Of a DNA stretch of 64,000 nt, positions 1-8,345 are shown piece by piece. Position 1 is the stretch's first letter. Every line of letters begins with the position of its first letter. The notes beneath the pieces were generated by a model. The model was not told the DNA's origin. It saw only the letters and a list, made by a program, of their open reading frames with translations, and ran no database searches. The DNA is from Dehalococcoidia bacterium (GTDB lineage: Bacteria > Chloroflexota > Dehalococcoidia > Lucifugimonadales > UBA2985). A program made the position numbers and the translations under genes. Location: contig CBDCTU010000004.1 in assembly GCA_965222415.1 (NCBI GenBank), positions 128,850-192,849 of the forward strand, read 5' to 3'.

Positions 1-619
1 CCACGGCAATCCGGGGCGAGTCGAATCCCCAGTCCTTGAAGCAGGTGTGGATGAGATCCAGCTTGGCCAGCACGTTCTCCTTGGTGACGTAGGCCACCGC
101 CTGCGCCAAGGACCTGTGGGTTGTCAGGTGTATCACCCTCAGGTTGCCCGCGGTGAGCATTGTGGCTACCTGCTTGGCCTCGCTGAGCTTCTGCAGAAGC
201 TCCATGTGACCAATGTCGTTGTAACCGGCGGCCTGGGCCGCCTCCTTGTTTATGGGAGCCGTGGCCATTGCCTGCACGTCGCCCGACAGGGCCAGCTCCC
301 CCGCTCGCAGTACCCACTCTACGCAGGCCTTTCCCGCCCCTGCGCTGATCTGGCCCGGCACAATGTCCTCCGGTCTCAGATTGCCCGGGTCGAGTATGGA
401 GATGGCGTTGTCCGCAGCCTGCGCCGCAGAGGACACGGGCGTTATGTCCAGGGTCAGGCCCAGGTCCATCGCCGTCTTCCGGAGCAATGGAGCGTTTCCT
501 ATCACCAGTGGGTGGCACTCCCGGGTTATAGCGGGGATGGCAAGGGCCTTGGCCACCACCTCAGGCCCGATACCGCACGGGTCTCCCATTGTGATGGCGA
601 TGATGGACTTGCTGCTCAT
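1..619 (-). CDS. pdxA: 4-hydroxythreonine-4-phosphate dehydrogenase PdxA (3' part runs off the window start)
   Basis: The reverse complement from the ATG at 619-617 translates MSSKSIIAITMGDPCGIGPEVVAKAL...ATAPINKEA...GHMELL, typical of PdxA. An AGGAGAGG RBS lies upstream. This ORF is absent from the ORF track because it is truncated by the window edge. The 47..691 plus ORF is its antisense shadow. Confidence 0.8.
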   Translation of the reverse strand, partial: MSSKSIIAITMGDPCGIGPEVVAKALAIPAITRECHPLVIGNAPLLRKTAMDLGLTLDITPVSSAAQAADNAISILDPGNLRPEDIVPGQISAGAGKACVEWVLRAGELALSGDVQAMATAPINKEAAQAAGYNDIGHMELLQKLSEAKQVATMLTAGNLRVIHLTTHRSLAQAVAYVTKENVLAKLDLIHTCFKDWGFDSPRIAV

Positions 620-695
620 ATTTTGACCTCTCCTGTGGCTATCGAAAACGGATGCGTAGCGTCACTTCACGGCTCCCCCGGAGACCATTGAAAGC

Positions 696-724
696 ATTAT
701 ATTGGGTGTTCCTCAATGGTACAA
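696..724 (-). promoter_or_regulatory. candidate sigma70 promoter for pdxA (TTGTAC-17-TATAAT)
   Basis: The minus strand reads ttgtac (719-724), a 17-nt spacer, then tataat (696-701), about 75 nt upstream of the pdxA ATG. Confidence 0.4.
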
Positions 725-731
725 TAGAATA

Positions 732-866
732 GGCCCCGATACACCGGGGCCTTGAGTGCACGCTCTCTCCAGGAGAGCGCCGTTAGGGACATCTGCAGAC
801 GCAGAGCGTCCTACCCGTCGCGCCGCTCCAGCCGTTAGCCATGACGAGGCGGCGCGTATTACTCAA
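732..866. ncRNA. unclassified structured RNA-like element: GC hairpin plus a closed four-way junction
   Basis: Hairpin ggccccg/cggggcc at 732-738/745-751. Closing stem ttgagt (752-757)/actcaa (861-866) encloses three hairpins. These are cgctctc/gagagcg (761-767/773-779), ggac..tctgc-agac-gcaga..gtcc (787-811) and cgcgccgctc/gag(g)cggcgcg (819-828/846-856). A plus-strand extended -10 (TGgTACAAT, 717-725) would start transcription near 732. The strand is not resolved. Confidence 0.35.
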
Positions 867-892
867 CTTCAGGTAGTGTCCCAGTTGGAGCC

Positions 893-1027
893 TTAGCTCT
901 TACGACCTTTTTGCAAAGTGCGTCCTGCATTCGACTCCTTCTTCGTCAACGGTGACTGTCCATCAGCCTTTTGTAATTCCCGTCCAGCCTTAGACAGGTC
1001 CTTCTTAGTTGGTTTACGTTCTGACAT
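893..1027 (-). CDS. possible 44-aa lysine-rich small protein
   Basis: ATG at 1027, translation MSERKPTKKDLSKAGRELQKADGQSPLTKKESNAGRTLQKGRKS, stop at 893-895. An AAGGAG lies about 12 nt upstream. The ORF is below the ORF-track length cutoff and sits in an AT-richer segment. Confidence 0.2.
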   Translation of the reverse strand: MSERKPTKKDLSKAGRELQKADGQSPLTKKESNAGRTLQKGRKS

Positions 1028-1070
1028 TACTTACCCTGACTCCTTTCTTCAAACTGAAACACTACCCAAT

Positions 1071-1343
1071 TTAGTATCCCATGAGGGGCTCCACGTCCCT
1101 CAGCAGGTTGATAAGGGTGTGCTCAAAGGCCTCCGGCTGTCCCGCCAGGACGAAGTCCACGGGCGGCTCATAGACCGGCCTGCGGCGCTTGAAGGGCTTC
1201 ACGTAGCTCAGTCCCCGGAAGTGGCCCCTTACGCTTACCACCCTGGGTCGGGTGCGCCAGTAACCCTTGACCACGTTGCCCTTGCGGTTGAGGTGAGGCT
1301 TGACCCAAATGGCGTCTACGTCTGGCCGTCCTTCCCTTTGCAT
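1071..1343 (-). CDS. hypothetical basic 90-aa protein
   Basis: ORF with an AGGAGG about 10 nt upstream of the ATG. It lies immediately downstream of the ImmA-like gene on the same strand. I recognise no family. Confidence 0.5.
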   Translation of the reverse strand: MQREGRPDVDAIWVKPHLNRKGNVVKGYWRTRPRVVSVRGHFRGLSYVKPFKRRRPVYEPPVDFVLAGQPEAFEHTLINLLRDVEPLMGY

Positions 1344-1377
1344 GTCAGATGGGCCTCCTGCTTTAGTTGGCGATACT

Positions 1378-2202
1378 CTAGTCAGTTTCTTCTACACGGG
1401 AAAGTGATAAGACATATCTGTTTTCACGAGAGCCAATTGCCAACGAATCGGTGGGAAATTTCATCCACCGCTGTCTTTCTCCTCCCACAGAGCGTTGTGT
1501 GCACATGAGGTACTCTTCAGTTCGGACTACACCAGAAATCTTGAGAGCCTGAAGGGGCCCCGATTCACTTACATCCTTTGCTCTAATCCCCTTGGGCAGT
1601 CCATATCTGTTTGGCCTGCACCTGTTATTGGTATGTAACCAGCTATGTGTTACCTGATTTGAAGAGGCGCTCCACCTGCTCAATACAGCCGGGAACGGCA
1701 GGAAGTCAGTAAAGCGAATAGCCGTTGATAAAACTGAGGAATTAAAGATGCTCGCTAGCTTTTGGACAGTTGCCAAATCAAGGCCCTGTTGTTCCATGTA
1801 CTCTCGAAACTGTTCCTCAGGCATAAGTACTTCGGCCGCAATCCTATCGCACAGCTTCTCTAGTTGCCTGTGGCTGAGTTGGTCGACCCCAAACTTGGAT
1901 TTGACAGAAGGGTCTGACTGGGTGATGATATGCCCCAATTCGTGTGCCCATGAGAAACTAGAGCGCGACTGGTTGGGGTTCAGGATAATTTTATAGCCGG
2001 AGCCCTTTGGCAATACCATGCCATCTATTTTGCGTTGCTTGGTTGTTGCTCTGCCATAAGCCCCCTTTGGGAGGTCCAGGCCGTTTACCTTCAACTCCTT
2101 CCACTCAACCTCTAACACTCCCAGTGATTCACCGAATTTGGCCAGATCAGTGGGTGGGCCCCAAGCGGCTTGTAGCCTCGCTTTTGTTTCCTGACTAAAC
2201 AT
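1378..2202 (-). CDS. ImmA/IrrE-family (COG2856) zinc metallopeptidase
   Basis: HExxH motif in WAHELGHIITQ followed by EVLMPEE. The gene is paired with an upstream XRE HTH gene and has AT-richer composition than its neighbours. Confidence 0.8.
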   Translation of the reverse strand: MFSQETKARLQAAWGPPTDLAKFGESLGVLEVEWKELKVNGLDLPKGAYGRATTKQRKIDGMVLPKGSGYKIILNPNQSRSSFSWAHELGHIITQSDPSVKSKFGVDQLSHRQLEKLCDRIAAEVLMPEEQFREYMEQQGLDLATVQKLASIFNSSVLSTAIRFTDFLPFPAVLSRWSASSNQVTHSWLHTNNRCRPNRYGLPKGIRAKDVSESGPLQALKISGVVRTEEYLMCTQRSVGGERQRWMKFPTDSLAIGSRENRYVLSLSRVEETD

Positions 2203-2208
2203 TTCTAG

Positions 2209-2655
2209 CTAGAACAGAGGCATTTGCTCGTGGCTTCCATTTCGGGAATCTCTGCTAGGTACCCTAGTGTTGTCTTCTAGTACTCTTCCGCTTTCGCTCA
2301 ACAAGTTCTCGAAAAGTTCGTGTTCACTCTCAACGCGTTCGGTCTGGAGGTTATCTGGCCCACGTAACCCGCCCTGTCGTGCCAAGGCTGGCCAAAGACT
2401 TGGGAACTGTTTCCCGTTATTCTTGCCTTCCAAAAACAGCCAAAATCTGAAGGCAAGTTCATTCTTTATCACTACCTCATCTACGGCTAGAGACTTGGCT
2501 ATCTTTGTAAGTTCTTCAGGGCTTGGACCAATTGTACCTGCTAGTATGTAACCTAGCCTGTGGGAATGGATCCTGCTCTGGACCTCTAAGTGGTCCTGAG
2601 ATACACCCTTGAATCCCATTATCTGACCTAAGCGATGTGCTTCGTTGTCTCTCAT
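2209..2655 (-). CDS. XRE-family helix-turn-helix regulator
   Basis: The N-terminal GVSQDHLEVQSRIHSHRLGYILAG...PSPEELTKIAKSLAV fits the HTH_XRE pattern. AGGAGA RBS present. A 6-nt gap separates it from the ImmA-like gene. Confidence 0.7.
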   Translation of the reverse strand: MRDNEAHRLGQIMGFKGVSQDHLEVQSRIHSHRLGYILAGTIGPSPEELTKIAKSLAVDEVVIKNELAFRFWLFLEGKNNGKQFPSLWPALARQGGLRGPDNLQTERVESEHELFENLLSESGRVLEDNTRVPSRDSRNGSHEQMPLF

Positions 2656-2710
2656 CTCTTGTATCTCCTATCTGATTTACACTTATCCATTCCAAATCTC
2701 ACTTTCTCAA

Positions 2711-5212
2711 TTACCCGCACTTCTCGTAGCCGCAGCTGGGGCATCTCTCGCAGCCTTCCTGGTGCACCAGGAACCCGTAGCAGTCGGGGCATCGGTCCCG
2801 CCTGCCGTTGGCGTTGGCCTCCGCCTTGAGGAAGAGCTCCTGCTGCACTGCAACGGCGCTCTGGGGCTGCGGTGCCTGCATCTCCGGGGTCGCGGACTGG
2901 CGGCTGAGGACCAGGGCCACCGCGTCGGGGGCCGAGCGCACCATCGTGCCGTCGTCCCAGGCCGGGCAGCACGTTATGCCCATAAGCTGCTCCACTATCT
3001 GCTCCTTCGCAATACCGGAGCGCAGGGCCAGTGACGCGAGGCGAGATATGGCCTCCAGCTGCGCCGAGTCGCAGCCACCGGCCTTGCCCAGGTTTGAGAA
3101 CACCTCGAAAGGCTCCCCGTCCGAGAAGTTGATGGTTATGTACATGTTGCCGTGACCCGTGCGCACCCTGTCCGTGATGCCCTGAACCATAGGGGGCCTT
3201 TCCTTGGTCACGCGGGGCCTTATCGCCATGGCCATCTGGCTGTCCACAGCCAGGTCGGCCTCTCCCCTGCCGGCCATTCCGGACGTGAGCACCTCCGCCT
3301 CGCGGCTGCCTGCGCGGTAAACCGTGATGCCCTTGCAGCCCAGCTTCCACGCCAGGAGATACGCAGTCCGCACGTCATCCCTTGTGGCCGAGTTGGGGAA
3401 GTTGATGGTCTTGGATATGGCGGCGTCCACGCTCTCCTGGAAGGCTGCCTGCATCCGCACGTGGTCCTGTGGCGATATGTCCGCCGCGGTCACAAAGACC
3501 TCTCTCACCCACTCCGGGACGTCGTCCTCCCTGTCCTGGATGGAGCCGCCGTTGGCCAGGAACTCCATAAGGTCTTCGCTGTAGAAGTCGTCCTGGCGCG
3601 CCACCTGCTCGAAGTTGGCGTCGACGTAAAGCAGGCTCTGGCCCTCCAGGATGTTGTGCTTGTGGTAGCAGAGGGAGAAGAGAGGCTCTATACCGCTGGA
3701 GCAACCGGCAATCATAGATATGGTGCCCGTAGGGGCCACAGTGAGGCGGCAGGCGTTGCGCATTGGGCGTCCCTGCTTCTGGTAGGCGCTTCCCTCGTAG
3801 GCGGGGAAGACGCCGCGCTCTTTCGCCAGCTCCTCCGAGGTGTTACCCGACTCCTCCCTCACGAACTTCATAAGGCTGCGCCCCAGGTTGAGCCCCTCCT
3901 GGGAGTTGTACGGTATGCCCAGCATCACCAGCATGTCGGCAAAGCCCATCACGCCCAAGCCAATCTTGCGGGTCAGCTTGGTCATTCGCTCAATCTCCGG
4001 GACGGAGTAGCCGTTGGCGTCGATGACGTTGTCCAGGAAGCGGGTGGCGATACGCACGGCCTCTCTCAGGCCATCCCAGTCCACCATGGGCTGGCGGTCG
4101 TTGTCCACCACGAACTTAGCGAGGTTGATGGAGCCCAGGTTGCAGGACTCGTACGGCAGCAGGGGCTGCTCTCCGCACGGGTTTGTAGCGGTCATGCGGC
4201 CTACGTGGAGTGTGGGGTTGTCGCGGTTGACCTGGTCCAGGAAAATGGTGCCGGGCTCGCCGTTGAGCCACGCCCCTTCGATAATCCTGGTGAATACGTC
4301 CGCCGAGTTCAACTTGCCCACAACCTGGCCGGTGCGCGGGTCTCGAAGCTCGTAGTTCTCGCCCCTGTCCACCGCCTGCATGAACTCCTCGCTGGCTCCC
4401 ACGGATATGTTGAAGTTGTGAATCTGCCCCTCGGTGGTCTTGCAGGTGATGAAATCCATGATGTCCGGGTGATGCACGTCCATCACCGCCATGTTGGCGC
4501 CGTCGCGCTTCCCTCCCTGGGTCACCAGCGTTGAGACTGAGGAGAGGTGGCGAAGCACCGCTACGGGGCCGCAGGCCCTCCCGTGAGTGGTGGATATGGG
4601 CGCGCCCTTGGGCCGGATGTTGGAGAGAGCGAAGCCCGTGCCTCCCCCGAATTTCTGCACCAGGGCGGCCTCCTTGGCCGTCTCCATTATTCCTTCCATG
4701 CTGTCCTCCAGCCCTATGACGAAGCAGGCGGACAGCGTTCCCGCTCCCGTGCCGGCGTTCATAAGCGTGGGCGAATTGGGGACGAACTCCATCCGGGCCA
4801 TTGGCTCGTAGAAGGCCTCCTCCCAGTGGGCCACGTCAGCCTTGGAGTTGTAGAAAAGCTCCGCTTCTGCGATGGCGCGGGCGACCCTGCGGAACATCTG
4901 GGCCGGGTTCTCGATGACCTCGCCGTCGTCGTTCTTGCGGAGGTAGCGTTTCTCCAGGACAACCATGGCGTTTTCGGAGATGGCGGGCACCGTCCCCTTG
5001 ACCTCAATGGCCTCCGCGCCGTCTTTTGGTGTTTTGGTTTGCTTATCGGAGTTGCCGTTGCCGTTGGGCTTGGTCAGGTTCTCGGCTATCTGCTGGGCCA
5101 CCGAGGGGTCGGTGACCCCGGCAGCCTTCACGGCAGCCAGGACGTCCTCAGCTGCGATGGTCGGCTCGTTGCCGGTGGTCTCATTGCTATCCGCTTCTCC
5201 TGCGATGGTCAT
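2711..5212 (-). CDS. nrdJ: class II (adenosylcobalamin-dependent) ribonucleotide reductase
   Basis: 833 aa with NPCGEQPLLPYESCNLGSINL and a C-terminal Cys-rich zinc ribbon (CPDCYG...CERCPSCGYEKCG). GGGAGGA RBS present. nrdR lies directly upstream. Confidence 0.95.
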   Translation of the reverse strand: MTIAGEADSNETTGNEPTIAAEDVLAAVKAAGVTDPSVAQQIAENLTKPNGNGNSDKQTKTPKDGAEAIEVKGTVPAISENAMVVLEKRYLRKNDDGEVIENPAQMFRRVARAIAEAELFYNSKADVAHWEEAFYEPMARMEFVPNSPTLMNAGTGAGTLSACFVIGLEDSMEGIMETAKEAALVQKFGGGTGFALSNIRPKGAPISTTHGRACGPVAVLRHLSSVSTLVTQGGKRDGANMAVMDVHHPDIMDFITCKTTEGQIHNFNISVGASEEFMQAVDRGENYELRDPRTGQVVGKLNSADVFTRIIEGAWLNGEPGTIFLDQVNRDNPTLHVGRMTATNPCGEQPLLPYESCNLGSINLAKFVVDNDRQPMVDWDGLREAVRIATRFLDNVIDANGYSVPEIERMTKLTRKIGLGVMGFADMLVMLGIPYNSQEGLNLGRSLMKFVREESGNTSEELAKERGVFPAYEGSAYQKQGRPMRNACRLTVAPTGTISMIAGCSSGIEPLFSLCYHKHNILEGQSLLYVDANFEQVARQDDFYSEDLMEFLANGGSIQDREDDVPEWVREVFVTAADISPQDHVRMQAAFQESVDAAISKTINFPNSATRDDVRTAYLLAWKLGCKGITVYRAGSREAEVLTSGMAGRGEADLAVDSQMAMAIRPRVTKERPPMVQGITDRVRTGHGNMYITINFSDGEPFEVFSNLGKAGGCDSAQLEAISRLASLALRSGIAKEQIVEQLMGITCCPAWDDGTMVRSAPDAVALVLSRQSATPEMQAPQPQSAVAVQQELFLKAEANANGRRDRCPDCYGFLVHQEGCERCPSCGYEKCG

Positions 5213-5259
5213 GGCTAGATCCTCCCTACAGATTTGCTCTTGCTTGGTCTCAGGTACGT

Positions 5260-5841
5260 CTACGAAGTTTGCGGCGTCTCGCCTCCCAGATCCATTGGCA
5301 TACCGGGAGTGGCCCGCGGCCGCCTGCCGCGACGCCGGCGGGCAGGCGGGTCTTCAGGAATAAGAGGCAGCTGCGGGCTGGGAACCTCTCGTTCCAGGGC
5401 ATCCTGCAGCGCCTCCACCTCCTGCTTGAAGCTTTCTATGTCTGCGAAGTCCCGGTACACGCTGGCGAAACGCATGTAGGCAACCCGGTCAACGGCGCGG
5501 AGGCGGTCCATTACCATCTCTCCGATGTGGGAGCTTGGGATCTCCGCCCTGCCCAGCTGCTGAAGCTCGGCCTCAATCTCGTCAACCAGCTTCTCGATGC
5601 GTCCCGTAGGAAGCGGCCTCTTGACGCACGCCTTGAGGATGCTGCTTATCAGCTTGTCCCGGTTGTACTCCTCCCGGCGGTTGTCGCGCTTGGCCACCAT
5701 TAGGGCCGTTGTCTGGATGCGCTCATAGGTGGTGTAGCGGAGTCCGCACTGTATGCACTCCCGGCGACGGCGTACGCCCTCCGTGGAGTCCCGCGAGTCA
5801 ATGACCTTTGATTCCGTATGATTGCAGTATGGACAGCGCAT
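5260..5841 (-). CDS. nrdR: transcriptional repressor NrdR (with an Arg/Pro-rich C-terminal extension)
   Basis: MRCPYCNHTESKVIDSRDS...RRRRECIQCGLRYTTYE zinc ribbon followed by an ATP-cone. At 193 aa it is longer than I would expect for NrdR. Confidence 0.95.
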   Translation of the reverse strand: MRCPYCNHTESKVIDSRDSTEGVRRRRECIQCGLRYTTYERIQTTALMVAKRDNRREEYNRDKLISSILKACVKRPLPTGRIEKLVDEIEAELQQLGRAEIPSSHIGEMVMDRLRAVDRVAYMRFASVYRDFADIESFKQEVEALQDALEREVPSPQLPLIPEDPPARRRRGRRPRATPGMPMDLGGETPQTS

Positions 5842-5895
5842 TGGACTCTATTCGTGGGTCTAAATCCTGTATTCTTTGAATCACGGCGTGACAAA

Positions 5896-5911
5896 ACACA
5901 ATATGATGTGT
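5896..5911. promoter_or_regulatory. NrdR box
   Basis: acacaatatgatgtgt matches the 16-bp palindromic NrdR-box pattern acaCwAtATaTwGtgt. It lies between the predicted promoter and the nrdR start. A weaker half-site (tgtgacaacatagtga, 5925-5940) overlaps the -10/TSS. Confidence 0.6.
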
Positions 5912-5939
5912 CCTTCAATCCCCGTGTGACAACATAGTG

Positions 5940-5968
5940 ATTATATGCACCAAGTCCACGGGTTTCAA
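5940..5968 (-). promoter_or_regulatory. candidate sigma70 promoter of nrdR-nrdJ (TTGAAA-17-TATAAT)
   Basis: The minus strand reads ttgaaa (5963-5968), a 17-nt spacer, then tataat (5940-5945). Confidence 0.5.
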
Positions 5969-6089
5969 TAGCCTCATTTAGGAATTTGGAACATTTTGGG
6001 GCACTTGGTTGGCAGTCCACAACCTGTGGGTGTCATTGCTTGACAGCAAGCGCCATTTTGGCTGGAGCAGGTGTTAGTGTGAGTCGCAG

Positions 6090-6186
6090 CTAAAGCCTCT
6101 GCCCGCAAAGTCACGGAGTCTCGTATGGAACGCTCTGGATTCCTCGCTACGCTCGGAGTGACAGGAAATGGAGCTTCGGAGCAGGT
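6090..6186. repeat. REP/MITE-like repeat copy (family with gattcctcgctRcgctcggaRtgaca)
   Basis: About 95 bp closely similar to 55820-55915 (ctaaagcctctgcc..ggaacgctYtggattcctcgct.cgctcgga.tgaca..ggagcttcggag). Confidence 0.7.
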
Positions 6187-6213
6187 TACCGTAGGGGTCT
6201 CGGACTCGTCGGG

Positions 6214-7767
6214 CTAGCCGGAGGTCTGAGAGATGCCCGTAGAGGGGTCCTGAAGCAGGCGGCCGGCCAAGTCGAGGGCCTCTTCGCGGGTGGAGATCTC
6301 CCCTGCTCCCTGCGCCTCCATGACGGCCTCCAGAAGGCGTCCCAAGGCGGGCCCGGGGGCTATGCCCAGTGTCTCCATGAGCAGGTGGCCGTCCACCAGC
6401 TTCGGAATCTTCTGCAGGTCGTCGCGCTCTCTGAGACCCTGGTGGAGAATGTGGCCTATGAGTTGGCAGTGGTCCTGCCAGTCGTCCTTATCAACAATCC
6501 TGGGGCCTTTGGCCGACATGTAGTCAGCCATGTTCAGATAGAGCGTGTCTATGGCAGCGCTGTCCAGGTCACGGAAGAAGCGATATATGGCTCGTTGGGT
6601 CGGCATTTCAACGCCCTGCCGCATCTGCGTGGGACGCAGGTGGTGCTTCACCATAGTGCTCACCAGGTGAGTGGCGCGGCTGCTCATGCGCAGCCGTCGA
6701 AGGACCGTATCGCACACCTCTGCGCCCTGCACGTCGTGGCCTATGAACCGGATGCGTCCCGTTGGCTCAATGGTCTTGGTGGCAGGCTTGGATATGTCGT
6801 GAAGGAGGCATCCCAGCTTTAGGATGGTGCGGCGCGTGTGGCCGTCGCTGATCTCTTCATCGAAGTAGGTGTCCAGAGAGGCGTGCCAGGGAACGCAGGC
6901 GAGGACCTCGTTGTCCGCTATAGCGTCTCGGTCGGTGACCTGCTCCAGCGCCCCCGGAGCCTCGACGCAGTGATAGAAGACGTTCCAGTAGTGTTCTCTG
7001 GGCTGCTCAACCCCCCTGGCTTCCTCCAGCTCGGGAATGAGCAGGCAGAGCAACCCCAGGTTGTCCATGAGGCGCAGGTGAAGAGACGCCCCAGGCTCAG
7101 CCAGAATCTTGAGTAGCTCGTCCCGCAGGCGCTCAGGCGCCACGGTGGTCAGCAGGTGGGCGTCCCTCCGGATGAGTTGGACGGTGCTGTCGTCCAGTGA
7201 GAAGCCGAGCTGGGCGGCCAGGCGAACGCCACGGAGCAGACGAACGGGGTCGTCCTGGAAGACGCGGTCGGAAGCAGGTCTGAGGGTGGCCGCAGCCAGG
7301 TCTGCCAGGCCGCCGAGGGGGTCTATCAGCCTTTCCGAGGGCGATCCCGCCAAGGCGTTGTCCAGTGGAAGAGCCAGGGCATCGATGGTGAAATCCCTTC
7401 GGGCCAGGTCCCGGGTAATTTCCTCTTCGCAGGACGTCAGATCCACGTGGATTCTGGCGGTCGGTCCGCCTCCGGCGCTCCACCGCTCGGGCAGCACCAC
7501 CCTGGCCGTTGCGTGGGTCTCGTTCAGGGAGACGAAGCTGCCGCCTGTTACGGCTGCCAACTCTCGCCCCAGCGATATTGCGTCACCGCTAACGGCTATG
7601 TCGATGTCGCCGGGCTGCCGTCCCAGGAGTGCGTCTCTGAGCGTCCCCCCTACCAGATGCGCCGTCGCGGAGCGGCCTGCAAAGAACTCCGCCAGGATGC
7701 GGAGCAGGGGCAGAGTCTCAGCGGACACCGGGGAGCCGGTGATTCTTGGGGGGCTGTGAGGGTTCAA
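6214..7767 (-). CDS. cca: CCA-adding enzyme / tRNA nucleotidyltransferase with a C-terminal HD domain
   Basis: LVGGTLRDALLGRQPGDIDIAV nucleotidyltransferase motif. HD motif in CLLHDISKP. TTG start as given by the ORF track. Confidence 0.85.
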   Translation of the reverse strand: MNPHSPPRITGSPVSAETLPLLRILAEFFAGRSATAHLVGGTLRDALLGRQPGDIDIAVSGDAISLGRELAAVTGGSFVSLNETHATARVVLPERWSAGGGPTARIHVDLTSCEEEITRDLARRDFTIDALALPLDNALAGSPSERLIDPLGGLADLAAATLRPASDRVFQDDPVRLLRGVRLAAQLGFSLDDSTVQLIRRDAHLLTTVAPERLRDELLKILAEPGASLHLRLMDNLGLLCLLIPELEEARGVEQPREHYWNVFYHCVEAPGALEQVTDRDAIADNEVLACVPWHASLDTYFDEEISDGHTRRTILKLGCLLHDISKPATKTIEPTGRIRFIGHDVQGAEVCDTVLRRLRMSSRATHLVSTMVKHHLRPTQMRQGVEMPTQRAIYRFFRDLDSAAIDTLYLNMADYMSAKGPRIVDKDDWQDHCQLIGHILHQGLRERDDLQKIPKLVDGHLLMETLGIAPGPALGRLLEAVMEAQGAGEISTREEALDLAGRLLQDPSTGISQTSG

Positions 7768-7783
7768 ATTGCTTCGGTCCGAG

Positions 7784-8266
7784 TCAGGCCTCTTGCGGCT
7801 CCAGCTTCCAGAGCTTGTCCGAGCTTTCCAGGTGGTCGATGTAGAGCGTCCCGTTGATGTGGTCCGTCTCGTGCTCCAGGGCCTGCGCCAAGAGCCCCTC
7901 GGCCTTTATTCGCATCGTGTTGCCGTCCCGGTCCAGCGCTCGCGCCCGCACCTTCAGGGAGCGCGTCAGCTCGCCTCGATAGCCCGGGATGCTGAGGCAA
8001 CCCTCCTCTACCAACCTCTCCCCTTCCCGGCGTGTTATCTCCGGGTTGATGAGCACCAGCACCTCTTCCTCCTCCGGTATCTCGATTACGACGATCTTTT
8101 GGAGCACGCCCACCTGGTTGGCCGCCAGGCCTACGCCCGAAGTGGCCCTCATTGTGTCTATCATGTCATCGATGAGCTTCTGAAGTGCGGCGTCAATCTT
8201 GGTAACCCGTCTCGCCTTCTGTCTCAAGACGGGGTCCGGCAGTGTGCGAAGATTCAAAACAGTCAA
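7784..8266 (-). CDS. def: peptide deformylase
   Basis: EGCLSIPG and HETDH motifs. TTG start preceded by AGGAGG. Confidence 0.95.
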   Translation of the reverse strand: MTVLNLRTLPDPVLRQKARRVTKIDAALQKLIDDMIDTMRATSGVGLAANQVGVLQKIVVIEIPEEEEVLVLINPEITRREGERLVEEGCLSIPGYRGELTRSLKVRARALDRDGNTMRIKAEGLLAQALEHETDHINGTLYIDHLESSDKLWKLEPQEA

Positions 8267-8345
8267 GGGCCGCCTCCTGGCAAATTATCACTCCTCAAGC
8301 CAATTATAGTTGCGGGTAGAGCGTGTGTAAATCCAAAGTTCTGCT

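Noticed and set aside
47-691. 214-aa plus-strand ORF at the window start
   Set aside because: It is antisense to the clearly recognisable pdxA coding sequence.
732-866. Known riboswitch (TPP, glycine, cobalamin) or SRP/6S/tmRNA/tRNA identity for the structured element
   Set aside because: There are partial look-alike strings (acctgaagttgagtaatac, ctggagagagcg). However, the core motifs are absent or in the wrong order (CUGAGA plus ACCUGAUCUGGAUAAU, CCGAAGG, GCCACUG, GGAAGCAGCC, GTTCGAATC).
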